DNA of 64,000 bases from Octopus sinensis (taxonomy: Eukaryota). The notes beneath the pieces were generated by a model that saw nothing but the letters and a program-made list of their open reading frames with translations, searched no databases and had not been told where the DNA came from. The DNA is taken from positions 9,734,001 to 9,798,000 of the forward strand of contig NC_042999.1 of the NCBI RefSeq assembly GCF_006345805.1. Reading direction: 5' to 3'. A program made the position numbers and the translations under genes. Shown piece by piece: positions 12,981 through 26,138 of the stretch. The number at the start of each line of letters is the position of its first letter. The first letter of the stretch is position 1.

Positions 12981-14184
12981 GGTAACAACTTGGGCCCTTC
13001 CAAAAACTTGCTGGCCTTGTACCAAAATTAGAAAGAATTATTACAAACTTGATTTTGAAGACCCTTTTTCGTTTCCTAGTCCTGCCCCGACCCCACATTT
13101 CCCTGCTTTGTGTCAAGTTTATGGTAAATGCTCCATGTGAATAAACATGATGTTTTGACCTCCAGAGGTCAATGCCATTGTAATTATGTCTCAGGATTAT
13201 TTCAGCTTTACGGTTAGAGCTTTAGTTCAATATCAAAATTATGTCGTTTTTCTTAGCTTTTCGTACTTAATAAGTACCGAAACAACAAACCACCGATGAA
13301 GAACTAACATGGAATGAGATTTTGTTGTTGTTTTTTTGTTTTATATTTTAATAAATTATATTTATTTATTCAACTTCTGTTTCCCGCTTGGAATTTTAAC
13401 AATCAAATGCAATCCGATGGTTTGTCATCAACCACATCCTTTATGCTATTTTTTTTTTCATTGTTGAATGTTTTTAAATATTTTTAAATGTTTCTTTTAT
13501 TTGTTTATTTATTTTTTGAAGTTGAATAAAAGTTTGTTTACTTTGTTGACGATTTACTTTAAATTTGTTTTTTAAATTAATTAATCAATCGTTAATGAGT
13601 TTTGCGCAATGAAATAAAGAGACACTAAAATTTTGCTATCGAAGTTATCTTTGCAGATAAGTTTATTGCTAAAAAATGTCCAGATCCATTTTGTAAATTT
13701 CTTTTATTGTTCATGTGCATTTGTGTGTGTGTGTGAGGGGGGGGTCTGTGTGTATTTGTATGTGTGGGTGTGTATGTGTGTGTGTGGGTGGGTGTGTGTA
13801 TGCATCATCAAGATGTTATTTCTGAACTCTTCCACCACGAGCTCACATCTCCCTCTCTCTCTCTCACTCTCTCTCTTTCTCTCTCTCTATCTATCTATCT
13901 CTCCATCTCCCCTGTCTGTGTCTCTCTTTCTCTCTCTCTATCTAACTATCTATCTTTCCATCTCCCCTCTCTCTCTCACTCTCTCAATCTATTTATCTGT
14001 CTCTCCATTTCCCCTCTCTCACTCCCTCTCTTTATCTATCTATCTCTCCATCCCCCTTCTCTCTCTCTCAATGGGCAAGCATGGAAAAGCGGACATTCAA
14101 TGATGATGATGATGAGCTGAACAGGCTCATATATATATGGCGTTAAATCCATTACCAAAGATGTTTCATAAACAGATTCATATA

Positions 14185-14595
14185 GGCGCAGGAGTGGCTG
14201 TGTGGTAAGTAGCTTGCTAACCAACCACATGGTTCCGGGTTCAGTCCCACTGCGTGGCATCTTGGGCAAGTGTCTTCTGCTATAGCCCCGGGCCGACCAA
14301 TGCCTTGTGAGTGGATTTGGTAGACGGAAACTGAAAGAAGCTTGTCGTATATATATATATATATATATAAGTGTGTGTGTGTTTATGTTTGTGTGTCTGT
14401 GTTTGTCCCTCTAGCATTGCTTGACAACCGATGCTGGTGTGTTTACGTCCCCGTAACTTAGCGGTTCGGCAAAAGAGACCGATAAAATAAGTACTGGGCT
14501 TACAAAAGAATAAGTCCCGGGGTCGAGTTGCTCGACTAAAGGTAGTGCTCCAGCATGGCCGCAGTCAAATGACTGAAACAAGTAAAAGAGTAAAG
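14185..14595 (+). mobile_element. tRNA-derived SINE, family B (full length, CR1-like tail)
   Basis: GGAGTGGCTGTGTGGTAAG...GGTTCAGTCCC head, CCTTGGGCAAGTG core, internal (TA)n/(TG)n, tail GTGCTCCAGCATGGCCGCAGTCAAATGACTGAAACAAG. Partial copies at 1428-1610, 1715-1990, 3120-3280 (-), 7360-7520, 21110-21270, 29820-30130 (-), 35735-35940 (-), 41450-42060 (-), 53600-53760 (-), 59555-60010. Confidence 0.9.
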
Positions 14596-14777
14596 AATTT
14601 CACCAAGTTTTTGTCTGTTTTGTGTAACATTTTTCATATAAATATTATAATATTGTTCCTAAGCCCTCGCCTCTCTTTTGTGTCTGCCTGTTTGAGCTCA
14701 AGATTTCTTATATCCAAGTCTTGTTTTATGGGATTACTTTAACCTGATTACGATGTTGGATTTCAAGAATCTTGATT

Positions 14778-15223
14778 AGTCTTATATTTAAGAGATGAGG
14801 AATTATTTACATTATTTACATTTGACACATATTTGTCCTCATCTTGTTTGTTGTTAACGCGTTTCGGCTGATATACTCTCCAGCCTTCATCAGGTGTCTT
14901 GGGGAAATTTCGAACCTGAGTCCTCATTCCTAAGTATGTTGTTGTTGTTATTATTATTCAGGTCACTGCCTGGAATCGAACTTGGAATCTTGGGGTTAGT
15001 AGCTCATGCTTTTAACCGCTACACCACGGGTATATGGCGTAGTGGTTAAGAGCACGGGCTACTAGCCCCAAGTTTCTGAGTTTGATTCCAGGCAGTGACC
15101 TAAATAATAATAATAATAAAAAATAATAATAATAACAACATAACTTAGGAATGAGAACCCAGGTTCGAAATTTCCCCAGCTGGAGGGTATATCAGCCGAA
15201 ACGTTGTGTTAACAACAAACAAG
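14778..15223. mobile_element. Family F Penelope-like 3' ends, head-to-head inverted pair
   Basis: Minus copy 14778-15027 and plus copy 15024-15223, each with a tRNA-like head. The minus copy keeps the HHR core (TCATCAG 14887-14893, TTTC 14862-14865). Confidence 0.8.
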
Positions 15224-15227
15224 TTAA

Positions 15228-15468
15228 ATTTTTGTGAGAAGGACAGGGGAAGAATTTGGAAGGAGCATATGGAGGGAATTATGAATGGGATCAGAGAGGG
15301 GAAGTTGCTGTGGTGAAGGGGCCAGTGGAGAGGGTTAGTCGGGAAGAAGTTGTAGAGGCAATGAAGGAAATGAAAAGAGGAAAAGCAGCTGGTCCATCAG
15401 AAGTAAGTGTGGAAAAGATAAATGCAAGAGGAGAGATAGGGATTGTTGTGATGATGGAGCTCTGCTAG
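15228..15468 (+). mobile_element. RTE-clade LINE internal fragment (linker before RT)
   Basis: GPVERVSREEVVEAMKEMKRGKAAGPSEVSVE matches the I(T/S)xxEVxxA...MKxGKAxGPD motif. Confidence 0.75.
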
Positions 15469-15503
<35 letters not shown>

Positions 15504-16700
15504 GGCAGTGAGCTGGCAGAATCGTTAGCATGCCGGGCAAAATGCTTAGCGGTATTTCGTCTGCCGTTACGTTCTGAGTTCAAATTCCGCCGAGGTCAAC
15601 TTTGCCTTTCATCCTTTCAGGGTCGATAAATTAAGTACCAGTTGCATACTGGGGTCGATGTAATATTATTATTAAGCGGTATGGCCCTGGAGTCCACAAC
15701 TTGCCCTGATAACTTACATCATTATCCCTTGTGAATACAGTTCCTGTCGCTCACTGCGATGTAAATAAGCTGCAGGCTTGTTCTGAATCAATTCTATAGA
15801 CGGTACCCCTTCTTTTACAACTATTTGGCTGCCTCTTAATGCAACAGTCAACCAATTCAACATCGATTCTATTTATCTTCCTGGTTACCGATCGTGGCCA
15901 TTTGCCAGCCTGCTCTGGCCGGTGGCACGTAAAAGACACCCCCTACACTCACGGAGTGGTTGGCGTTAGGAAGGGCATCCAGTTGTAGAAACCTTGCCAG
16001 ATCAGACTGGAGCCTGGTGCAGCCTTCTGGCTTCCCAGACCCTAGTCGAACCGGCCAACCCATGCTAACATGGAGAACGGACGTTAAACGATGATGATGA
16101 TGATGTTATCATTGATTTTATTCGAAAATGTCAGAGATCGTCATATTAAGTATATTTACAAAAAGAAAGGACTGGGATCGATTCATTCAACTACAAATTC
16201 TTCAAGGCGGTGCCCCAGTATGGCCGCATTCTAATGACAGAAACAAGTATAAAAATAAGAGATGAGATGATAGCAAGAAATCGAAAAAGGAAATTATTTT
16301 TTAAGAAAAATCATTTATTCAGGGGAAGTAACTTCGTAAGACGAAAATAAAGACAAACATTTTTCCCGCTTTCTAAATGCAATTTTGTTGTTTTATGATG
16401 AGATTTTATATTCAAAGGGATAAAATTCATCTTTTCATCCCATAATTTGAGAAAATACTTCTTATTTTGGGTTATGTAATGAGTTTTCTTGCAGTGGTTG
16501 CGCCTCGGAGAATGTTTTTGTAAATTATTCAGAAAAATTATCGCTGATGCAAGGGAGATAACTCATTTGAATTTGTAGAAAACATTTTTCCACAAAAAAT
16601 AGAAAATGGAATGGAAAAGATAAGACGAGGAAGGAGAGACACGAAGAAGAGGGAGTCATTCAAGGGGTCAGGGAATGTGTGACGAAGGAACTCTGATAAA

Positions 16701-17176
16701 TCTATATATATAAAACTGTAGTTGTGTGAGTGTCTGTCCCCTACGATTTAGATTCCTAACTACTCCCACATTTTGCGGTGCAGTTTAACCAAATTCGGGT
16801 AGCTTATAGTCGTGATTCATATCGAGCCCTTCTGGGTATTAGCGCGCGTCTACGATGAGTCTACGATTTTAAAAATAATTTAACATCATTTTTTATTCCA
16901 TTTTAATGCATAATTTTTCGTGTGTCGATGGCGGCGGAGTTGGCGTCCACGCTCACACCTGCACCTGTGGGGAAGGGAGTGTAAGGAAATCAACGTCGTA
17001 ATGCGTTGTCAAGGAGACCAGCGTTCTTTTAGAACAACGACTTCATGGCTTCAAGACACCAAAACAGAAATGGCTAAGAAAGCCCGAATTGGCATCTATA
17101 AGGGAAGTAACTCTCTAAAAATGCTTATATAGTTATTTCCCTTACAAACCCGAGCAACGCCGGGCGATACTGCTAG
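16701..17176 (+). mobile_element. Non-autonomous Helitron (476 bp)
   Basis: A|TC start, subterminal hairpin CCCGAGCAACGCCGGG (17149-17164), CTAG|T end, no TSD. Confidence 0.88.
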
Positions 17177-17538
17177 TTAATAATAATAATAATAATGATT
17201 GAGTTAAATCAAATAAATAGTTTAATTGGCAAAACATGACCATCCCGAAACATATCTGTTTCGACTCACGATTTTCGCATCAGATTCTTGCAAAACAAAT
17301 AAATAAACGTTAAGAAAATATTTGATTTTCCAACAAAAGTTTTTCTCAATAAGAGTGATAAGTCACTGGTATTATCTTATAATTCCCATCACGAATCGCT
17401 ACTTCAGGTTTTTCCATATTTGCTACAAAACATTGAAAGGCATCGATTGAGTGGAAAAGAGAGGTTTTAGTGTTCTTAGCTTTAAGGGAAATAAGACTAT
17501 CATGAGAAGAACCAGATCATTTCTTCATATATATATAA

Positions 17539-17918
17539 CTAGCAGTATCGCCCGGCGTTGCTCGGGTTTGTAAGGGAAATAACTATATAAGCATTTTTAG
17601 AGAGTTATAGCCAAAAAATGCATTAAAAATGGGAAAAAAATGATGGTAAATTTTTTTTTAAATCGTTGACTCATCGTAGACATTTTTAGAGAGTTACTTC
17701 CCTTATATAATAGCGAAAAAATAGAAAAGAATGATGGTAATTTTTTTTTTAATCGTAGACTCATCGTAGACGCGCGCTAATACCCAGAAGGGCTCGATAT
17801 GAATCACGACTATAAGATACCCGCTTTTGGTTAAACTGCACCGCAAAATGTGGGAGTAGTTAGGAATCTAAATCGTAGGAGACAGACAGACACACAACCT
17901 CACTTTTATATATAAAGA
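17539..17918 (-). mobile_element. Non-autonomous Helitron, same family (380 bp)
   Basis: Same termini on the minus strand; shares ~200 bp of 5' sequence and the 3' end with 16701-17176. Confidence 0.88.
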
Positions 17919-18008
17919 TTTTAGGGAATATTATTCCTGACTTACAGGGAAAATTTCAATTTAGAAGAACTAAATAAAATTTTACAAAATATAATATATA
18001 TATAAAAA

Positions 18009-18252
18009 TTAGAAAAAAAAACACCTTTTATCAATTCAAAATAAAAAATTAAATTATACCATCTAGAAAATTACATATAATAGAAATATTAAAATATATA
18101 CCAAATATATACGTTTTTATTATTATCTTGCAATTTACTTAATCATCGGTATATTACTTTTATTTTATTTTTTATATTTCTATTATATGTAATTTTCTAG
18201 ATGGCATAATTTAATTTTTCATTTTGAATTGATAAAAGGTGGTTTTTTCTAA
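18009..18252. mobile_element. AT-rich MITE-like foldback
   Basis: ~80-bp inverted repeats at 18009-18089 and 18174-18252 in (TA)n flanks. Confidence 0.7.
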
Positions 18253-18954
18253 TATATATATATATATACTGTATTCTAAAGAAGGAATTGTTATTGTGTA
18301 AAATATTGTATTTTAATAAAATGTTCCACAGTTATTTATTCAGATATTAATATTGATTTTAAATTTTCACACAATGCCAGGAATTTCGAGGGAGGGGCTA
18401 AATCGATTACAATGACCCCAGTGTTTAGCTGGTACTTAATTTATCGACCCCAAGAGGATGAAAGGCAAAATCGACCTCGGTGGAATTTGAACTCAGAACG
18501 TAAAAGACGGACGAAATGGGAGCTAAATATTTTGCCCGGCATGCTAACAATTCTGCCAGCTCACCGACTTATTCAGATTTTGAACCAGTTGAGCCCTGGG
18601 GTGGATGAAATTGACCCCGTCCCCTCTTCCGACATTGCTGGTGTTGTGCTAAAATTTGTAAGCAATATTTGTGTGCTGAGAAATTTACGAACTTTAATCG
18701 TATTTTCCGGCACATTTTTCTTAAAATTTCCCTTAAAACTTTTAGATTACCGTAATCTTTTTTTCTTTGTTTCTCTTTTTTTTTTTTTTTTGTTTTAATC
18801 TTTCATATAATTTTAAAGTTACAATCAGAAAACAACATTCTGTTTTTAAAAATATTTTATTGAAAAAAAAAACGTAAATTCCAGAATTATCTCCCTTCAA
18901 GGTCAAGATTTGCTTTGTGTTGGGTAAATGCATTGGAAGAGCATGAGTGTGTGA

Positions 18955-19775
18955 GTGAGAGAGAGAGAGAGGGAGAGAGAGAGAGAGACAAAGACAGAGA
19001 GAGAGGGACTTAGAGAGAGAGAGGAACTTGGAGAGAGAGAGGGACTTAGAGAAAGAGAGGACTTAGAGAGAGGCAGAGACAGAGAGAGAGAGAGGACTTA
19101 GAGAGAGAGAGAGGACTTAGAGAGAGAGAGGACTTAGAGAGAGGCAGAGACTGAGAGAGAGAGAGGACTTAGAGAGAGAGAGAGGACTTAGAGAGAGAGA
19201 GGACTTAGAGAGAGAGAGGACTTAAGAGAGAGAGAGGACTTAGAGAGAGAGAGGACTTAGAGAGAGAGAGGACTTAGAGAGAGGCAGAGACTGAGAGAGA
19301 GAGAGGACTTAAGAGAGAGAGAGGACTTAGAGAGAGAGGACTTAGAGAGAGAAGAGGACTTAGAGAGAGAGAGAGGACTTAGAGAGAGAGAGGACTTAGA
19401 GAAGAGAGGACTGAGAGAGAGAGAGGACTTAGAGAAAGAGAGGACTTAGAGAGAGAGACTTAGAGAGAGAGAGACTTAGAGAGAGAGAGGACTTAGAGAG
19501 AGGCAGAGACTGAGAGAGAGAGAGAGGACTTAGAGAGAGAGAGAGGACTTAGAGAGAGAGAGGACTTAGAGAGAGAGAGGACTTAGAGAGAGGCAGAGAC
19601 TGAGAGAGAGAGAGGACTTAGAGAGAGAGAGAGGACTTAGAGAGAGAGAGGACTTAGAGAGAGGCAGAGACTGAGAGAGAGAGAGAGGACTTAGAGAGAG
19701 AGAGGGACTTAGAGAAAGAGAGGACTTAGAGAGAGAGAGGGACTTAGAGAGAGGCAGAGACTGAGAGAGAGAAGA
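18955..19775. repeat. Compound purine-rich minisatellite
   Basis: Units GAGGACTTA(GA)n interspersed with GAGGCAGAGACT(GA)n. Confidence 0.95.
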
Positions 19776-20769
19776 CAGACAAAAAGAGTGAAGTCGGGAG
19801 AGACATTAACATACTGTGCAAGTGTTACACACAAATGTGTGCGCGCGTGCGCACGAGGTGTGCGTACATGCACGTGTGAGTGTGTGTGTGTGTGTGCGCG
19901 CGTATATAGAGAGATGGGGGGAGAGGAGGGGGAGGAGATGATATGTGTAAATGTTAAAATAAATTTATTATTTTAAATCAAGTTTTAAGAAAGAAAAAAA
20001 AGCGGAACTTTTACCGATGCCGTGGGACGCCATACAGAGTCACGTGTGCGCTTGTGTGCGCGTGCGTGGGGTACGTACGTAATTGTTACACTCGGATTTA
20101 ATGACGTCAAAACGTACCGAACCTTCATAATATCCGGTCGAACCCCCGCCCCCACCCCCGCAGTCTCTACCCCCCCACCCCTACCCGATTCCCACCACGA
20201 CCACCACCACCCTCGTCTTCTTTGTAATTCCCTGAATATTTTCCTAGAAACTTAAATAAGTTATGAGTTCAAAGAATTTCCCCGAAATGATGGAGTATTT
20301 ATTGACCAATAAATATTAATCAATTAGAATAACAAAGCTACCGAGTGAAATTCTTCCTTTTTCCCCCAAATGTTGGACATTTTTAGAACTTTTGGGGGGA
20401 CGGGGAATTTTCATAAGACATCCATTAATTAACGCATAAGATGTGACATTAATTAAATGGCCAGAAACTAAAAGAACGAACGTTTGAAAAGAAATTTTTG
20501 GGATTCCGTTTAATAAATTGTCTCCATCAAACTTGAATGAGAATATATTTAATTACCATTTTATTGGAGGAAAGAAATAATTGCTGAAGATATCCGAAAC
20601 GAATTGTCAAGGGTGGCAGTTCTCAGTTCGACATCTTCCTCCTCCTCCCCTCCTCTTCTTTTTCTTCTTTGATGTTTTATTACAACTTTTATCGAGGAAC
20701 ATTTTTCGTTTTTTTCGGATGGGGGGTGGATTTCTGCTTTCTTCGTCCCCTTCACTTTTCTTCTTCTTC

Positions 20770-20849
<80 letters not shown>

Positions 20850-23626
20850 TATTGATCAGGTAATATTTATTTAACTAACTCCGGGTGCTACAATGTAGCC
20901 ATTCTAGCACCCGAGTGCTAGAATGGTTACACTTTGAAGTCGACAGAACCAGTATATCACTGTGACAGATTTCAGAGGTTACGGAATACGATAGCACAAG
21001 TTCACACAAACAAACACACATACACACACTCACACACACACACACGCGCAAACACACACACACAGGTATATTCATTCATTGTCATTCGCATATACACTTC
21101 ATATTTACATAGGTGTGGCTATATGGTAAGAAGTTTGCTCCCCAACTGTACATGGTTCCGAGTTCAGTCCCACTGCGTTGCACCTTGGGTGGGTGTTTTC
21201 TGCTACAGCCTCGGGCCGACCAAAGCTTTGTGAATGGATTTGGTAGGCGGAAACTGAAAGAAGCCCGTCGAGCGTGCGCGTGTGTGTATGTCCACCCCGA
21301 ACTAGGGTATATAGTGTTTGATTGATCCAGGGACTGAACTCACGCCCAGCAGTTATGTAGCACTTAAACCAAAGCTAGTGGACTTGCGTTCAATCGCTGG
21401 CGGCGCAGTGAAACGATGCATTCACTGATTCAGCCGATTTCACCAGTCATGGAATAAATTAAAGGGGGAAATCCTTGATACGGACATCGTGGCTTTAGTA
21501 AAGAGTCTTGACTGGAAAACGTTCCCGAATGCAGAAAACATGGGGTGGAGGCCGAAGGTGAGAACGACCGAAGCGTCACGATGATTAAACCCAGCAAAGG
21601 ATAGACGCTAAACCCCCAATGTGTCCCTGTCTAATAATTCTTTCTTGTTTTGGCACAAGGCCTGAACGTTTGGTGGGAGAGGTGCAATTCAATTACAATG
21701 GGCGCTGTTGTTTCACGGTCGGGTGGTCGGCGATTAAGCTGTCACCCTCATTAAGCTAGTCTGGTGAGGAAGGTTGCTTGAGACCGAGCAGGACTAAAAA
21801 CAAGACCTGTGAAAAGGGTGGATGAACCTAGTGTAGGTTCAACGACTATCTAGCAATAGCATGGGCCCTCAGAAATTCCAGGTTGGTGTCCGATGTGGTG
21901 GAAGAGCATTACGGGTGAGGCACCTCTCAGCTTTTGTCAAAGCATGTCTCTAGAACCCGCCTGAAGCCTAGGCTACATGTACTCCGATAATCGGCGGGGA
22001 CTTGGTCAGCGATTCCTCGGCGACGGTCGACAATCGACAGCAAGATGCGCTGCTATGGATCACGCAATCCCAAAGTGTGTATGCATGTAACCAGGGACCA
22101 CTTGTGAATTTGTATTCCCCACCGACACTCCGAACATGACATCTACACCCTAACAATGAATGATGACTACGGTTGCGGTGTCCGCACTATCTGACGCGAT
22201 TGTTCGCCCAGGCGGAGCATCTGTCTGTCGGATGAGGTCATCATGTATAAGAGACATGACGAACTCGTTGGTCGGACCGGGATCAATCTACCCCGGGTGA
22301 ATGTCACTACAAATTGGTAGTACTTTAACGACCCCGGAACGATGAAAGGCGAGGTCGATCTCGGCGAAATTTGAACTCAGAACGTAAAGACGGAAGAAAT
22401 GCCGCCAAGCATTTTATTCGACGCACTAACAATTCCAGCAGATCATCGCCGTATATCAGCGTATAATAATGACCATTCTTCATTCCAGGAATTCAGTCTC
22501 AAATTCTAACGTATTTCTTCCATTGTCACAATGTTTGATGTTTATAAAACAGTGACAATGAAAGTTGTGACATTAATGCCTTTCCGAGAGGTATTAGCAA
22601 TGTAAATAAATAGATTCAACAAGATTGCTCGGTCGCTTATGTTCTGTGAAGTTCACCAAAAATGGCGAATGAATTGCGCAAGAAAATTCTACAAATCCTC
22701 ATCTCTAAATTGGTCCATTTCTGAATAAAATTCTGTTTTGACAATTCTTTCGAACTGATTTCGTGTTTTGAGTGTTGTTCTTTTATTTCTCTCAGGAATC
22801 TTCTTCCTGTTTTGAATATGAACATATTTCGTTTATGTGAGATATTAACTTTTAGACTAAAAGACTAAAAGACTATTCTAAAGAGAAATGCGAATGAAGA
22901 AAGTGTGTACGTAAGTAGAAAGGAAGAAAGAAAGAAAGAAAAGAAAGAAAGAAAGGAAGAAAGAGAGAAAGAAAAGAAAGAAAGAAAGAAACAAACAAAG
23001 AAAGAAAGAAACAAAGAAAGAAAGAGCGGTATGCGAGGTTGATAATTTTTTAAATATTAAATATTTATACATTTTCGGGGACTTCTGTTTTTGGGGTTTT
23101 TCTTTTTCCTTTTTTGTTTCCACCAGTTTATTGTCGGGTCTGTTTCCTGGTTCGTAAGAATTTGCATCTGTAAAAGAAAAATTACACAATTTTAGCCATT
23201 ACTGAGCCTGGTTGGTCACAAACAACATTAACAAATTTCGATCTTCCTCGGTCATTTAAGCTTTTACGGTGACAGACTGGCAGAATCGTTAGGGAATCGA
23301 GCAAGAGGCTCCACTGCTTTTATTCTTGCTCTTTATGTTCTGAGTTCAAATCCCGCCGAGGTCCACTTTGCCTTTTATCCATTCCGGGTGGATAATATAA
23401 AGTACCAATCAAGTACTTGTAATCGACTTGCCCCGCCATCGTCACCCAATTCATGCCTTGTGCTAAAATTTGAAACCATTAATTTAAGCTTCTAATTTTA
23501 CTTACAGTGAGACTGCGTATCATGTTGGTTCGGTTACTCTAAACCAGAATTTGGAGGTTAATACATGCCTGGTTCTCTTGATACGAGAACCCTAGTGAAG
23601 GTTCATGAATGTGAAGATTAATCATA

Positions 23627-23666
<40 letters not shown>

Positions 23667-24029
23667 TGTGTGTGTGTGTGTGTTAGAATTATTAGTCAGA
23701 AACCATAATGCGTATATTCCATATACACACAACAGAGTGGACTGTTGGAAAAACTTGCTAACATCCGGCTACAACAAGTAACCTTTGATGCCAAGAACCT
23801 TCCTAAGTATCCTCTATGTCCCCAATGATCCTTTCTAGTATAGGCATAAGGTCTGAAGAATTGGGGCAGGGATCGATTACATCGACCTCAGTGTTTTACT
23901 AGTACTTAATTTATCAACCCCGAAAGGATGAAAGGCAAAGTCGACCTCGGTGGAATTTGAACTCAGAACGTAACGGCAGACAAAATACTGTCAAGCATTT
24001 CATCCAGCGTGCTAACGATTCTGCCTATT

Positions 24030-24610
24030 TTCTGGAGCTGCCCTGAGCTAAGTTTTACACCTATTTCCTCTATTCATTTCTTCAAATCTTTAGGAATAGT
24101 CCCTAATAACTACTGGGATACATTTTACCCGCACTTTCCATAGTCTGTAACTAAATGGCTAGGTCCCGGTATTCGCTATTTTCTCTATACCTCTCATATT
24201 GATTTTCTCCTCATTTGTGACTATAAAATCAATTACCTGGTATTTTCTATTCTCTTTGTCTACTACTACTAAATCAGCCCTTCTATTACTCTGTCGGTCT
24301 GAATGTTAAAATCCTACCATCTTTTACTTTCTATGTTCGCGTTCATTCCACTTTTCAGTAAGGCCAGTTCCAAGTATTCTTCATAAATCTTGGTGGATTA
24401 CTTCCCTCGGTTGCCATGTCTTTTCTTGAGTTCTTTCTGCCATCATGCTACATTCATTAACTATATGAGTAACACTATCTTCCCTTTGATAACCTGCATT
24501 AGGAATCTATCTGATTTTTGTCTATCTTCACTTTTAACCAGTTAGTACTCAATGCTTGATCTTGTGCTGCCACTAACAAATTTCTTGCCTCTTGTTTCAG
24601 CCTTTCTCTT
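24030..24610 (-). mobile_element. R4/Dong-like LINE, 3' part with restriction-like endonuclease (degenerate)
   Basis: NLLVAAQDQALSTNWLKVKIDK; DFNIQTDRVIE..DLVVVDKENRKYQVIDF; WKVRVKCIPVVI; (TTA)n on the upstream side. Confidence 0.85.
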
Positions 24611-26096
24611 ATTATTAATATTATTATTATTATTATTATCATTATTATTATTATTATTATTTGTAACTCAATATTTGCACTATCTGCCCGGCAAATAAAT
24701 ATGTGCACAGCATTTGGTAAATATACAAAATAGAATAATGTATTAGGAATATGGTAATAGACGGTGAAGACAATGTCTGCTGTGATAAACAGAGATTGGG
24801 TGGGGAAATTAATCAGTTTAGTGCTGGGTTTGTTATCTTTCAAACAACCAACAAACAGCAGCCCAAATTATAACTACTATTATTATCATTGTCGTTGTTG
24901 TTGTTGTTGTTGTTGTCATCATCATCATCATCGTCATTGTCAGCGCTGTCGTTATTGATGTTGATCGACGATGACGATGATTATGGTGATGATGGTGATG
25001 ATGATGATGAAGGTGCTGTCATACTAATTATTATTATCATTGTTATTATTTGTTGAGGTGATTGGTGATGTTGTTGTCGTTGTTGTTGTTGCTAGTGTTG
25101 TTGTTGTTGTTGTCATAGTGTTTGTTAATACGGTGCGTCGTACAGAATAGCTGGTTGTCTTTTGTTAATAATGGTCGTTGGAGACAAAAATACACCGCCG
25201 CCACCACCACCACCACCACCACCACCACCACCACACCTTGTCTTTCCTACCACCGGAAAACGAGGTGGGGGGGTAGCAACAAAAGGGAACGATTGATGCA
25301 CGAGAGATAAGACCAACGACTTGGGAAAGGACCAGAAAGAAAGAAGAAAGAAAGAAAGAAAGAAAGATCTTTTTCTTTCTTTTTCCCCTTCTTTTTTTTT
25401 TAATATCCCCTAATACAAAAGGGTAGGCGAACATTATTTTTCATCGGAACGATCCTATTAATTGCCATGCTAATTTCATTAAGGTCCCGTACTTTATAGC
25501 GGCATCCGTGTGCAAAGGCACAGAACATGCGGCCGGCTGTGTGTGGATGGAACGTCTAAGGGGACTTTCGGGAGGCGGGGGGGGCAGTGAGATTTGGTTG
25601 GGAGGGGTTGACAAGGATGGGCCGTCGCCGTCGCTAGGTTGGTCCACACAGTAATGATGATGATGATGATAGGGGTGGGTGAAGAAGAAAGAGACACGTA
25701 ATAGGATTGAAAATGTGATTGACGGTTTTGGTGGGAGTTTATTGGAGAGGGAAAGGCATGGAAACCTCGGATTGGAATAATGCAAGGACTTGGTAAAAAC
25801 AACCCCTGGGAAATGAAAAATGGTGTCCGCACATAAAAAGAGAAATGGTTGTCTCCACAGGCACGTGTCCCCCAATCTGTCGTGCCAGGATGGTGATGAG
25901 TAAAAACTGGCAGGATGGAACCGGAGCTACCATTCTGTAGCTTTAACGATGGAGGTAGATATATGGGGTGGGGGTGGGGGAAGATGGAAGATGTCAGTGT
26001 GGGTGTGCGAGGAGGGTGGGGGCGTTGGATCATTGAGTGTATGGATGATAAGGGGGGAGGTGGCCTGCGTGTGAGTGACATACATAATGGGTGTAT

Positions 26097-26138
<42 letters not shown>

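Noticed and set aside
22005-22055. HDV-like ribozyme (TTCCTCG, GTCGA/TCGAC, CAGCG/CGCTG)
   Set aside because: Only 14 nt lie between the putative P2 and P4, too short for P3-L3-P1-P1.1
22637-22825. Tc1/mariner transposase C-terminus
   Set aside because: Similarity is too weak and no TIR is nearby
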